DNA of 63,054 nt, filler included, from Gemmatimonadota bacterium (GTDB lineage Bacteria > 4572-55 > J002): NCBI GenBank assembly GCA_003697105.1. It is 4 parts of 4 records of this genome, joined end to end, with 100 filler letters (N's around TTAATTAATTAA, not from the genome) between each part and the next. Parts side by side here need not be neighbours in the genome. Positions count along the whole stretch, not along the records: positions 13,599 to 32,061 come from RFFQ01000024.1; 3 more parts are not named here. One strand, given 5' to 3'. Positions 17,911 through 28,197 of this stretch are shown one piece after another (the first letter of the stretch is position 1; each line of letters opens with the position of its first letter). A program made the translations under genes and the position numbers. A model generated the notes under the pieces. The model had not been told where the DNA came from, did no database searches, and saw only the letters and a list, made by a program, of their open reading frames with translations.

Positions 17911-20289
17911 ATGACTCAACGTACATTTATTGTCCTCTTTTTGATCTGGATTGGCTGGTTCCCTGCCACCGGGGAAGCGGCATTTCAGATTACCGCTCAG
18001 ATCGGTTTTAGGGGGTATCATAAAGTGGATGAATGGACACCGGTGACCGTCTCCATCCAAAATGATGAAGCAGACCTGGAGGCGATCTTACGGATGTCCG
18101 CAACGGATTATAATAACAAAGAGACCGTCCGCTATGAAATGCCGGTGCATCTACCTGCCGGATCGGATAAACAGTTTCAAATGTACATGAAGTTTGAGCA
18201 GGTATCCTCGTATATTGACCCCAACTTGACCTGCAAACTCAATCAAAATATCCCGTATCAAGGGCAATTGACGGATCAGATCACCCTAAAACTATCACAA
18301 AATCGCCGCTTAGAGTACACCGATTATCTGATCGTTGTTGTGGGTCAAAATGATTTGGGGTTAAGTGCCATCAGTGGCAAACTGGGTGACGGTGATGTTC
18401 GGGTGGTGACGGTCGATCCGGCAGAACTACCGGATCAATGGTACGGTTATAAAACCGCTGACCTCGTCATATTGGGCGATATTTCCGTTGCCTCATTTCC
18501 GTTAGCTCAGTTAGAAGCACTCAAAAAATGGGTTATCGCGGGCGGGCGGTTGCTTTTTTCTGGCGGGCAATACGCTTCTGTCTTTCGTGACCCGGCGTTG
18601 GCACCACTCCTGCCAGTAACCATCGGAACATTGCAGCGTTTGCCCCTTACGGAACTCCATTTGTTGCAAACGGTTTACCAGGCGCCATTTGTCGATTCCG
18701 CAGAATTTGTGACAGTTGCCTCCGGCACGCTTCGTCCACAAGCAACCGCGCGGCTGCGTCTGGGGGAATACCCTTTGCTGGCAACCATGCCTTTGGGACA
18801 AGGGCAGACCACATTTTTGGCGGTAGATTTGGGTGCGCCGCCGTTGCTGGGTTGGGCTGGCACTAAGGAATTGGTTTTTAGCCTGTTGGATGTTCATGTT
18901 CAGGATTTTGGTTGGGGGTCTTCCCAACAGATGGTGCAAAAAATCAATAAAGCCCTCGCGAATATATCTGCCGTGGAACCCCCATCTTTCGGGTTTATCG
19001 CATTTTTTCTCATCTTGTATGTTCTGATTGTGGGACCCGTCAATTATTTGGTGCTAAAACGACATCAAAAATTGGAATGGGCGTGGGTGACCATTCCCAT
19101 TATTGTGGTGGTGTTCAGTGGTGGCGCCTATCTGGTGGGTTATGCCTCCAAAGGGGGCGATTTGCTGCTGAAACAGTTCACCATAATTGCCGGCGAAGCT
19201 AACCAGCCGGAAGCTCGGGTACAGACCTATTTTAGCATGTTTTCCCCTAAAAAACAGCGTTACACCATCGCCGGTGTCGCACCAAGTACTCTCATCCAAC
19301 CATTTGATGAGCCATCCAGTTCTCGCCGCGGATCACCCGACGAAACGGGTCTTCTGATATACCAACAAAGCCCGGATCAGTTGCGGATTGACCCCGTCGA
19401 GATGTCCATGTGGAGCTTAAACCGGTTTGAAGCGGAAACGACCCTCCCGTTCGGTGACGGCATTCAGGCGATCGGTATTCGCTATGATGGGCATCATCTG
19501 AGCGGGACGCTGACCAATCGCACCCCCTACACCTTTGAAGCAAATTATCTGATTTTTGGAGGAAACATAATCGCCCTGAAACCGTTTAAAGCGGGTGATG
19601 TGCTCCAGTTAAATATTGACGAAAATGCCATGCAGTCCTTTGATCATGTTCTGCCACTGCCGTTAATTTATCCCAGTACGGAGGTGTCGTTCTTTGAAGA
19701 GTTAATACTTCTCTCCAATGAAATACTGAAAACACACCATTCACGCACCTTATTGCCCAATGAGGCTCCGCTTTTGGAACCGCTTCAACCCATCTGGCTC
19801 GGTCTTGTGGAAGAACCCATCCCGGAAATGGCGATCCATCCGGCAAAACACCTGAAACAGAATAGCGGGGCACTAATGTTTATGCATCTCCCGTATCAGT
19901 TAAGCGGTAGTTTCACCTTGCCGCCCTATACGACGGCACTTACCGTCTCAGATTATGATGCGGCGCAATTTCATCTTAGCTCCAATGGAATTCTGTTGGA
20001 AAATGGCTTTTGTGAATTTACGGTGGCGTTGCCCCAACTACCGGATACCTTGACGGAGTTTAAATTCCAAACCGTAATTGCCGGAAAAAACACGCACCCG
20101 TCCAATTTGAGCGTGTATGATTGGCATAACCAAGAGTGGGTACCGTATGAGGTTGGCACCGGCAACCCGAACCGGTTCTTCCAGCCGCAGACCGGTATGG
20201 CAAAACTAAAATTAGATAGCCGCCAGTTGATTGGAAATACGCTCGAAATCTCAGATATTCAGATCACGATTGAAGGAACGTGGGAGTAA
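17911..20289 (+). CDS. Exported/membrane protein with glutamine-amidotransferase-like domain and two central TM helices
   Basis: Signal peptide, WTPVTV, LPDQWYGY..D, LKKWV..GGRL, YVLIVGPVNY...WAWVTIP. Confidence 0.7.
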   Translation: MTQRTFIVLFLIWIGWFPATGEAAFQITAQIGFRGYHKVDEWTPVTVSIQNDEADLEAILRMSATDYNNKETVRYEMPVHLPAGSDKQFQMYMKFEQVSSYIDPNLTCKLNQNIPYQGQLTDQITLKLSQNRRLEYTDYLIVVVGQNDLGLSAISGKLGDGDVRVVTVDPAELPDQWYGYKTADLVILGDISVASFPLAQLEALKKWVIAGGRLLFSGGQYASVFRDPALAPLLPVTIGTLQRLPLTELHLLQTVYQAPFVDSAEFVTVASGTLRPQATARLRLGEYPLLATMPLGQGQTTFLAVDLGAPPLLGWAGTKELVFSLLDVHVQDFGWGSSQQMVQKINKALANISAVEPPSFGFIAFFLILYVLIVGPVNYLVLKRHQKLEWAWVTIPIIVVVFSGGAYLVGYASKGGDLLLKQFTIIAGEANQPEARVQTYFSMFSPKKQRYTIAGVAPSTLIQPFDEPSSSRRGSPDETGLLIYQQSPDQLRIDPVEMSMWSLNRFEAETTLPFGDGIQAIGIRYDGHHLSGTLTNRTPYTFEANYLIFGGNIIALKPFKAGDVLQLNIDENAMQSFDHVLPLPLIYPSTEVSFFEELILLSNEILKTHHSRTLLPNEAPLLEPLQPIWLGLVEEPIPEMAIHPAKHLKQNSGALMFMHLPYQLSGSFTLPPYTTALTVSDYDAAQFHLSSNGILLENGFCEFTVALPQLPDTLTEFKFQTVIAGKNTHPSNLSVYDWHNQEWVPYEVGTGNPNRFFQPQTGMAKLKLDSRQLIGNTLEISDIQITIEGTWE

Positions 20290-20290
20290 C

Positions 20291-21061
20291 ATGACACATT
20301 ACCAACGGGGTATGATGTACATCAGCCAAAATCGATTGCAAGATGCGGTGATCGAACTCGAAGCCGCCACCCGCGATGAGCCACATAATGCCGATATTTA
20401 CTACAATTTAGGTGTGGTCTATCTCAATCTAAATCAGTTAGAAAAGGCGCTCAATGCGTTTATCCGGGCGTTGGATATCAACCCGGAGTATCTGAATGCC
20501 CACATCAATAAAGGCGTCGTTTACAGTTCATTAGGTGATCTCCATAAAGCGATTGAATGCTTTGAAGCCGCCATCAACATCGCGCCGGAGAGCGCCTTGG
20601 CGCATTATAATTTAGCACATTCGTTCCAACGGTTAGGGGAAATTGACCGGGCTATTGAAGAATATCGCCAAACGATCCGCCTTCAAGTCGATTTTGTCTC
20701 CGCTCATAATGAATTAGGGGTGTTGTATCGCCATAAAGGATTTGCAGATGCGGCGATGCTACACTTCAAAAAAGCCATTAAAATGGACCCCACCCATCGC
20801 GAGGCAACCATGAATCTGGCGGAAGCCTATTTCAAACGCGAGATGTACGAAGACTTGGAAATTTTGATGCTAAAAAGCTTAAAGCGGTTTCCCAATGATG
20901 TGCGGACCCAATTCTGGATGGGCATCGCCTTGTTTGGGCTTAATCGACATGAAGAAGGGCAAGATTATCTGCGGCAGGCGTCTGCAATTGACCCCCTGTT
21001 TGTGAGTATTCAGTTGCAACGCCATGATGTACGGTTGCTGGTTCACGATGGAATGAAATAG
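20291..21061 (+). CDS. Tetratricopeptide repeat protein
   Basis: Multiple 34-aa repeats (YYNLGVVY, AHINKG, AHYNLA, AHNELG). Confidence 0.92.
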   Translation: MTHYQRGMMYISQNRLQDAVIELEAATRDEPHNADIYYNLGVVYLNLNQLEKALNAFIRALDINPEYLNAHINKGVVYSSLGDLHKAIECFEAAINIAPESALAHYNLAHSFQRLGEIDRAIEEYRQTIRLQVDFVSAHNELGVLYRHKGFADAAMLHFKKAIKMDPTHREATMNLAEAYFKREMYEDLEILMLKSLKRFPNDVRTQFWMGIALFGLNRHEEGQDYLRQASAIDPLFVSIQLQRHDVRLLVHDGMK

Positions 21062-21063
21062 GT

Positions 21064-22308
21064 GTGGGCGTGCTTCAAAAAAAGCAAAAAGTCGTGCCGC
21101 TTTCACAGCGGCGACAGCGTAAACAGGTCATACCGTGGATCGGATTGGGGTTGTTGCTGATTGTCTGCTCGGTCGTGGTTTCCTATGCTTATTTCAAGGA
21201 TTCTCTTACCAATGTGACCCTCTTCAGCCGGGGGTCGAGCGGCATCGCTACCCCGGATTACGGGGTGGTGGTTTCAACCAGCCGTCCCGCTAGCTCGCTC
21301 GGGAAAGCGATTGACGACGCGTTGCTGAAGTTAGGCATCTCGGAAACCGACATCCATGTCACCCGGACGGAGCGTATCAACGGGGAAGTGAGTCAGGTGG
21401 TTATTCGTCGCTATGTGGATGTACCCCCCACCTACCCGCTGGCAATTTGCAATCTGGCAATCACCCGGGCTGTGGAAGCAAAAGGCGCCCGGGTAACCGA
21501 AGCCGTTGAGAAAGAGCGACCCACCGATGGCAGCCGGATGGTGCAAATGTCGATCAGCGAAGCCGGTATTCCGACGCACCAAGTGTTCCTGCGGGAAAAA
21601 CGAGCGGCAATCCGTACCGCCCTAACCGTTCCCCGGGTGGAAAAACCGACCCCAATTGCCCTTATTATTGATGATTTTGGACCCTCACTCAATTCCTCTG
21701 CAGAAGCCTTTTTGCGTCTGAATCGACCGATCACCATCTCCATTTTACCCTATTTGCCGGCGTCCAAATCCATTGCCAAAATCGCGCATCGTGAACATAA
21801 GGAAATTTTGTTGCATCTGCCCATGGAGCCGGATGATTTTCGCAAAAGTTACAACCAGCATGTGTTGCTTTCCGTAATGACCCCGGAACGCATCGCCGAA
21901 GAAATTCAAGCCGCCTTGAAGTACATTCCGTATGTAAAGGGTGTAAACAATCACATGGGTTCCAAATTGACGCGAGATGCCGCCGCGATGCGAGCCGTCA
22001 TGTCCACCTTAAAGAAGGAACATAAATTTTTTATTGATAGTATGACCAGTTCCGAATCCATTGCCGCCCAGATCGCGCAGGAAATGGGTTTACCCACCGC
22101 GCGAAATCACTTATTTTTAGATGATGAGGTGGGGCTTGAAAATACCCAACGACGCTTAGTTGAATTAACCCAGATCGCCGCTAAACAGGGGAGTGCCATC
22201 GGTATCGGGCATCCTCATCATAGTACCCTGCAAGCTATTCAAGAAATGATTCCCGTGCTGGAACGCAAGGGATACCAATTTGTGTTTGTCTCAGACTTGA
22301 TCCATTAG
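21064..22308 (+). CDS. Divergent polysaccharide deacetylase family protein (YibQ-like), membrane anchored
   Basis: IALIIDDFG, LLHLPMEP, GVNNHMGS, FFIDSMT, FLD, AIGIGHP. Confidence 0.92.
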   Translation: MGVLQKKQKVVPLSQRRQRKQVIPWIGLGLLLIVCSVVVSYAYFKDSLTNVTLFSRGSSGIATPDYGVVVSTSRPASSLGKAIDDALLKLGISETDIHVTRTERINGEVSQVVIRRYVDVPPTYPLAICNLAITRAVEAKGARVTEAVEKERPTDGSRMVQMSISEAGIPTHQVFLREKRAAIRTALTVPRVEKPTPIALIIDDFGPSLNSSAEAFLRLNRPITISILPYLPASKSIAKIAHREHKEILLHLPMEPDDFRKSYNQHVLLSVMTPERIAEEIQAALKYIPYVKGVNNHMGSKLTRDAAAMRAVMSTLKKEHKFFIDSMTSSESIAAQIAQEMGLPTARNHLFLDDEVGLENTQRRLVELTQIAAKQGSAIGIGHPHHSTLQAIQEMIPVLERKGYQFVFVSDLIH

Positions 22309-22317
22309 AGGTATTTT

Positions 22318-23334
22318 ATGACGAAATCAATTGTGCTTACCGGCATGTTTGCCCTATTTATAATGCTGACCATCCCTTCCAGCAGTCACGCTCGTGCTCT
22401 GGATGTGGCGATTCAGGAATTTATCGATAAAGCCACCACCCGCATTCAGGAACAGGCGGAAGGTGGCGTCAAACCGATTATGGAATCCACAATTGCCGTT
22501 TGGATTTATGATACGGCTTTTGAATTTGACCCCTATACCCGGCGTGAATTTCAGGAAGACCTCCTCACAACATTGGGTAAACAACGTTTCAACATCGCTG
22601 ACCCGGCATACGTGGAGTCCAATTTGAAGGCACTGAACATGAAATTGCCGAACCAATTCAACCCCGATCTATTCTCCGAATTGGGTAACGCGGCGAACAT
22701 TGATTATTTTGCAATCATCACGGTGCAAAACGTCAATGAGGAAGACCCTGCCTTTGTGGAGGCACGGGTGCATCTGCTGGATGTGCAGACCGGCGAAGTG
22801 ATTCCTCTCGGTGAAATTCGCGGTGAAAAAGAAGAACAAATTATCCTTTCTCAGGATGAAATTAAAGACCTTTTTGCCCGTCGAGATCAGCTCGAACAGG
22901 AGTTTCAGTACCTTGAACAAAATGACTACGGCGACCGGGGCAAGCGGAATTTTGTCATGGGTCTTGTTTACGGTTCTATTGGCTTGTTGACCTATGCGGT
23001 CGGTGCGAACAACGCCAATAAGTGGTCTATTAGTGTGGATTCAAACACGCGTAAACTCCATGAAGCCGAAGCCCAAACAAACCCCGATCTGGATGAGATA
23101 GACCGCTATTCGCGGGCGGTGGATCGTGCCGAAGCCCGCCGTGACCCGTGGGTTATGACACGCAACATTGGCGGCGCAACCCTTATCGGTAGTGGTATGT
23201 TAGTTTCGCTCGGTAGTTGGCGGTTGTACCATTTTAATCGCAAAAAAAGCCAGTTGGAAGATGCCCAACGGCAAATCATTCGCTTGAAATTACAACCGCA
23301 AGACCAAACTCTATCATTACATTATTCCTTTTAA
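22318..23334 (+). CDS. Hypothetical exported protein (N-terminal CsgG/FlgO-like alpha/beta domain, two C-terminal hydrophobic helices)
   Basis: Signal peptide; ELG...IDY...ARVHLLDVQTGEV pattern; GAGG RBS. Confidence 0.55.
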   Translation: MTKSIVLTGMFALFIMLTIPSSSHARALDVAIQEFIDKATTRIQEQAEGGVKPIMESTIAVWIYDTAFEFDPYTRREFQEDLLTTLGKQRFNIADPAYVESNLKALNMKLPNQFNPDLFSELGNAANIDYFAIITVQNVNEEDPAFVEARVHLLDVQTGEVIPLGEIRGEKEEQIILSQDEIKDLFARRDQLEQEFQYLEQNDYGDRGKRNFVMGLVYGSIGLLTYAVGANNANKWSISVDSNTRKLHEAEAQTNPDLDEIDRYSRAVDRAEARRDPWVMTRNIGGATLIGSGMLVSLGSWRLYHFNRKKSQLEDAQRQIIRLKLQPQDQTLSLHYSF

Positions 23335-23360
23335 TTAACCTATTTTGAGGAGGTTTGACC

Positions 23361-24029
23361 ATGAAAAACATACTTACCGTGCTACTCATTTTAGCTGTTG
23401 CCGCAAGCCCGCTGTGGCTAAGCGGCTGTAGTGCCAGCAACCAGAATAAAGGCGCTGGTATCGGAGCGGCAACCGGCGCGATTATTGGTGGTATCATCGG
23501 ACACCAATCCGGTAATAAAACGGAAGGTGCTGTTATCGGTGCGGCGGCAGGTGGGGTTTTAGGCGCCATCATCGGTAAACGGATGGATGAACAGGCAAAA
23601 GAACTCGAACAAGTGCCGGGGATGGAAGATGTCCAGTACGATGAAGAAGAACAGAAAATTGAAGCCCGCATCAAAATTTTGTTCGATACCGATAAAGCCG
23701 AAATTAAACCTACGGAAGCTGCTAAATTGGACGAATTGGCAAACGTTTTTTCCAAATATCCCGAAAATATCGTGGTAGTAGAAGGTCACACCGATAGCGA
23801 TGGCTCGGAAGAATATAACTTGAAACTCTCCCAACGCCGCGCAAAAGCCGTAGAAGACTACTTAAAAGCAAAAAACTTGGATATTGCTAGCTTATCATCC
23901 ATCGGCTACGGTGAAGCCCAACCCATTGCCTCCAACGATACCCCCGAAGGCAAAGCAATGAATCGCCGGGTGGAAATTCAGATTACCGTTGACCCGTCAC
24001 GTGTACCTCAAGAAGACGTACAAAATTAA
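23361..24029 (+). CDS. OmpA-family lipoprotein with glycine zipper (YiaD-like)
   Basis: Lipobox LSGC, GAxxGAxxG zipper, VEGHTDSDG, LSQRRA, NRRVEI. Confidence 0.95.
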   Translation: MKNILTVLLILAVAASPLWLSGCSASNQNKGAGIGAATGAIIGGIIGHQSGNKTEGAVIGAAAGGVLGAIIGKRMDEQAKELEQVPGMEDVQYDEEEQKIEARIKILFDTDKAEIKPTEAAKLDELANVFSKYPENIVVVEGHTDSDGSEEYNLKLSQRRAKAVEDYLKAKNLDIASLSSIGYGEAQPIASNDTPEGKAMNRRVEIQITVDPSRVPQEDVQN

Positions 24030-24115
24030 TCAGAACGGGTTGCTGTGGGCTGTGATGCGCCAAACGTTCCCGTTTGCCACATCGCAGCCATTAATTCGTC
24101 AAAAAGGATAGTTTT

Positions 24116-25129
24116 ATGAAAGTGAAAGTATGGGGTGCTCGTGGCTCTATTTCCATCAGTAACGCCAATAGCATTCGAGCTGGCGGTAATACCACCTGTT
24201 ACGAGGTAATTTCAGAATGTCTCCCTCCCGGTACAAAGTTGATGATTGATTCCGGTACCGGCTTTGTCCCCGCCGGATGGCACTATCTCTCAGAAATGGG
24301 TCAGGGTTTGAAATACGTGTTACTATATACCCACTATCACTGGGATCATGTGTTGGGCTTGACCCTCGCACCTCCAACCTTTATCGATCAGATACCGATG
24401 GAGTTGTACGGTCCCCGCGATGAAGGCTACGGACCCAAAGAGGTCGTGCAGTATATTTTCAAACGTCCCTTTTTTCCGGTGGATGCCAAGCGGGTGACCT
24501 ATAAAATGAAATTCCACACCATTGATGACTTTGATGTCCATATTATGGTGGTTCACCCCAAAGGAGGCTTTGCCGTTCTCAATTTAGACCAGTTTAACAT
24601 GCTCCTAAGTGCCAAAAAGCAAATCCCACTAAGGCGCAAAAAATACGATATTTCGGAATGTATGATTATCCGGATGGCAAAAGCAAATCACGGTAATGCC
24701 ACCTGTATCTCTTACCGGTTTGAAGAAATACCCACCGGAAAGGTATTCGTTTTTTGTAGTGATCATGAGGATACCGTTGGGGTGTCCCTTGAACTGCGCC
24801 GCCATTTTTCCAATGCCGATTTATTGGTGATTGATGCCCAATACGACCAACAGAAATACATCAATCAAACGACCGGTTTTGGGCATGGTACACCTTATGG
24901 GGTGGTCAAGCAAGGTGTGGTGTGCCACGTAAAACGTATCGGTCTGACACACCATGACCCCGGTAGTGTCGATACTTTTCTGGAAAACAAAATATTACCC
25001 GAAGCCGTGGAAGCGTTAAAACAATTGCGATCCAACGAAAAATTCCGTCACGATTATCATGTTGATGATATTATCCTGACCGATCAAGATGTATTCCTCT
25101 GTTATGATTATGCAGAGTACGAGGTTTAA
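24116..25129 (+). CDS. Metallo-beta-lactamase-fold hydrolase (phosphodiesterase-like subfamily)
   Basis: WGARGS, GGNTTC, DSGTG, THYHWDH, DHE, GHGT, THHDP. Confidence 0.88.
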   Translation: MKVKVWGARGSISISNANSIRAGGNTTCYEVISECLPPGTKLMIDSGTGFVPAGWHYLSEMGQGLKYVLLYTHYHWDHVLGLTLAPPTFIDQIPMELYGPRDEGYGPKEVVQYIFKRPFFPVDAKRVTYKMKFHTIDDFDVHIMVVHPKGGFAVLNLDQFNMLLSAKKQIPLRRKKYDISECMIIRMAKANHGNATCISYRFEEIPTGKVFVFCSDHEDTVGVSLELRRHFSNADLLVIDAQYDQQKYINQTTGFGHGTPYGVVKQGVVCHVKRIGLTHHDPGSVDTFLENKILPEAVEALKQLRSNEKFRHDYHVDDIILTDQDVFLCYDYAEYEV

Positions 25130-25164
25130 CTTTCGAAAAGATCGTCCGCTGAAATGAACAAGCC

Positions 25165-25683
25165 ATGAAATTATCCGCCCAAACCCAAGATATTTTAAAG
25201 AATATACACCGGCGCCGGCATGATGTCATTGAAGTGCGTGAAGAACGCACCCAACTGCTGATTTGTACGATTTCCGAGTACTATTTTGCCTTGCCCGGCG
25301 CGATCCTCAAAGAGATTGTCCCCGTAGAGTCCGTGACATTCGTCCCCGGGTTACCCAATTATTTTTTAGGTTTATTCAATTTACGGGGCGATATTTTCTC
25401 TATTTTGGATGTCTGCCAACTGTTGGAATTGGAAAAACAGCCGGTAACCTCTAAAAGCCGTTTTATTATTACCCACGTCGATGGGATCAGTACGGGACTA
25501 CTGGTGGATTCCGTGGAAGATGTTCTCGAAATCGAAAAGCGGAAAATTATAGAAACACCCGCCCATAATGACTCGCTTGGTCAATATGTAACGGCAGAGG
25601 TCGAATATGGGGATAAACCCGTGGCGTTGCTTGATATTGCCAAACTGATTCGGGATGTGATTCGTCAGAATGAAGACCGTTGA
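25165..25683 (+). CDS. cheW: Chemotaxis coupling protein CheW
   Basis: VPGLP...GLFNLRGDI...GLLVDSVEDV. Confidence 0.92.
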   Translation: MKLSAQTQDILKNIHRRRHDVIEVREERTQLLICTISEYYFALPGAILKEIVPVESVTFVPGLPNYFLGLFNLRGDIFSILDVCQLLELEKQPVTSKSRFIITHVDGISTGLLVDSVEDVLEIEKRKIIETPAHNDSLGQYVTAEVEYGDKPVALLDIAKLIRDVIRQNEDR

Positions 25684-26131
25684 TGATACCAATGCCACCT
25701 ATACGATCTTGATTTTTCCACTCGGCAAAAGCTGGGGAGCGGTCTTAAGCGAACTCATTGATGATATTGTCAGTTTGACGGCTTTCGGAGATGCCGAAGC
25801 CCTCATGGCAGGTAGGCAAAATAGCTTTTTTTATGAAAACCGTACCCTGTTTATTACGCCGCTCTGGCAAGCGTTGCACGATGAACGGCCACCTCACATA
25901 AAACGTCCTAAAGTGATCATCCCCAAATTATACCCCGAAGGGTCATCCTATGCCCCCCGTCGAGGGTATATAGTAGAAGACCCAGAGGTGATCACCGATG
26001 TCTCCTTAACCCAAATCCACCCGCTCCCGGAACTGATGCAGACCGCACTCCGCGTGCCGTGGTTATGGGGCGTGGTGACGTTAGAGAATCAACTGATTTT
26101 ATTGATGGATCTGCCCCCGCAGGAGGTCTGA
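25670..26131 (+). CDS. Divergent CheW-like protein
   Basis: GYIVE...IHPLP...WGV...LILLMD pattern; lies between cheW and the MCP. Confidence 0.6.
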   Translation: MKTVDDTNATYTILIFPLGKSWGAVLSELIDDIVSLTAFGDAEALMAGRQNSFFYENRTLFITPLWQALHDERPPHIKRPKVIIPKLYPEGSSYAPRRGYIVEDPEVITDVSLTQIHPLPELMQTALRVPWLWGVVTLENQLILLMDLPPQEV

Positions 26132-28197
26132 TGCCCCCTTTTAAAGGTTTTGCCGATATTCCCGTCAAATGGGTCTTAACGTTCAGTTTTTTGGTGATTA
26201 TTCTGATTACTGCGATTCTGTTCTGGTTTAGCTATCGCGATGCCGGGCGGCGAGTAGAAAGGGTCATCCATAACAAGTTTGAAAAACTCGCGGAAACCCG
26301 AATTCAGCAAGACCTTGCGATTGCGGCGGATGTCCTGCAATCTGCTACCCACCGTGTGGAAGCAATGGTCGGGGATACCGGCTTGAGTCTGCGGTTAGCA
26401 CAAGCCGGGAAAACCCCCGCCGCTTTACGGGCAATCCTAGCCGATTATCCGCTGGACTTTCTCCTCTTTTTGGACCTGAACGGGCAACTCATCGCCAGTG
26501 CGAACCACTCCCTTTCGGGGATCGATCTCAGCTATCACCCCATCGTGCAGGCATGCCGGGACCAACAAGCTATTGCGGGGATTGTCACTGAGTCGGAAGC
26601 CCTGTTACGGCAGGAACAACTCGCCGAAAGAGCGCAAATTCATCCCATTGCCCATCCAGAGGGGCGTCCCCTCAATACTACCGCCTCGACAACCGCCCTG
26701 ATGTTGCAAGCCGCCAAAATTATCCAAACCTCCGGCGGGCAGCCAATCGGTATCATTTGGGGTGGTCACCTGCTCAACCATGACCCCTACCTCGTGGATC
26801 GCATCGGGAATTTGCTCTACCAAGGTAGTATCACCGGTATCGCTTCCATTTTTCAAGATGATATCCGGATTGCCACCCGTTTGACCGATAAGCAAGGTAA
26901 TCGTTTAGTCGGCACTCAAATTGACGAAACTATTTACACCACAGTGGTACTGAAAGAAACACCCTATTTCGGAACATTTCAGACCAACCGCACCACTTAC
27001 GTCGCTGGATACCAGCCCCTTTATGACATCAGCGGGCATGCTGTCGGGATGGTCGGGATCGGAATCGATGAAATGTTATTTCGTCGCCCGCAACAATCGA
27101 TTATGACGGCGATCCAACAGCAACAGTGGACCTCGTTTGGGCTGGGGCTATTGATTGCCTTAGTGATCGGGATGTTTGGTGCGTTGTGGTTCTCTAAATT
27201 TTTGTCCTATCCCATCCGGCAACTTGTCGCTAATACCGAACGATTAGCCGCCGGAGATTTAACCACATCCGTCGGCAGTTGTGGCGAAAATGAACTGGGC
27301 ATACTGGGCAAAACGATCCAAAAAACCATTGATAATCTGAACGAACTGGTTGGGCAACTTCAACAAGCCAGCCAAAAAATCAATCACGTGGTGGATGTGC
27401 TCTCCGATGAAGTTCGGCGGCAGGCGAGATCCTCAACGGAGCAATCCACCGCCGTGACCGAAACCACCTCCACCATGGAGGAGTTGGCGGTCAGCTCCAA
27501 ACAAATTGCCCAAAGTACGGATTATGTGGTTCAAATTGCGGAAAAAACACAAGAAGATGCCCAATTGGGCGTAGAAGCCATGGATGAGATGATCGCCCAG
27601 ATGGAAGAAATCCAGAATATGAACGAACGCAGTATCACGGAAATTTTTGAACTCGGCGGACGTACCAAACGGATGCAAGCGATCATGAACATCATCAATG
27701 ACGTGGCAGACCGCACAAAATTGATCGCGTTCAATGCCTCGCTGGAAGCAGAAGCCGCCGGTGAATCCGGTAAGCGGTTTCGCGTGGTGGCTACGGAAAT
27801 CCGCCGCTTGGCAGATAATGTCACCGAATCCACCGAGGAAATCCGCAGTAAAATCCATGAAATCCAACAAGCGACCAATGAACTGGTCATCGCCAGCGAA
27901 GAGACCTCCAAACGCATCACTCAAGGTACAGAAACCGCCATGAAAACCGCATACGCCCTGCAAAATATTATGCATGGTGTGGAAGAAACCACCTCTTCCG
28001 CTAAACAGATTTCGCTGGCAACTCAACAACAACGCACTGCCAGTGAACAGGTGGTTCAATCCTTGCGTGAAGTCTCTACCGGTATCGGGACGACAGTTCA
28101 AGCCATTAAACAAACTGAGAGCATTGTGAAAGACCTACAACATCTCTCCGAACAGCTCTCTCAAACTGTAGATCGCTTTAAACTCAATCCATCCTGA
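26131..28197 (+). CDS. Methyl-accepting chemotaxis protein (Cache sensor, HAMP, signalling domain)
   Basis: Two TM helices; RIAT...RLVGT...YQPLYD..G..VG Cache pattern; hairpin tip TKLIAFNASLEAEAAGESGKRFRVVATEIRRLA; GGAGG RBS. Confidence 0.96.
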   Translation: MPPFKGFADIPVKWVLTFSFLVIILITAILFWFSYRDAGRRVERVIHNKFEKLAETRIQQDLAIAADVLQSATHRVEAMVGDTGLSLRLAQAGKTPAALRAILADYPLDFLLFLDLNGQLIASANHSLSGIDLSYHPIVQACRDQQAIAGIVTESEALLRQEQLAERAQIHPIAHPEGRPLNTTASTTALMLQAAKIIQTSGGQPIGIIWGGHLLNHDPYLVDRIGNLLYQGSITGIASIFQDDIRIATRLTDKQGNRLVGTQIDETIYTTVVLKETPYFGTFQTNRTTYVAGYQPLYDISGHAVGMVGIGIDEMLFRRPQQSIMTAIQQQQWTSFGLGLLIALVIGMFGALWFSKFLSYPIRQLVANTERLAAGDLTTSVGSCGENELGILGKTIQKTIDNLNELVGQLQQASQKINHVVDVLSDEVRRQARSSTEQSTAVTETTSTMEELAVSSKQIAQSTDYVVQIAEKTQEDAQLGVEAMDEMIAQMEEIQNMNERSITEIFELGGRTKRMQAIMNIINDVADRTKLIAFNASLEAEAAGESGKRFRVVATEIRRLADNVTESTEEIRSKIHEIQQATNELVIASEETSKRITQGTETAMKTAYALQNIMHGVEETTSSAKQISLATQQQRTASEQVVQSLREVSTGIGTTVQAIKQTESIVKDLQHLSEQLSQTVDRFKLNPS

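Noticed and set aside
24116-25129. Antibiotic-resistance metallo-beta-lactamase
   Set aside because: No signal peptide; motifs match the phosphodiesterase/RNase Z-like subgroup.
27433-28113. 226-aa antisense ORF, and similar shadow ORFs inside mreB, rpsA and clpB
   Set aside because: They lie opposite well-supported genes and show no motifs; codon-bias shadows.
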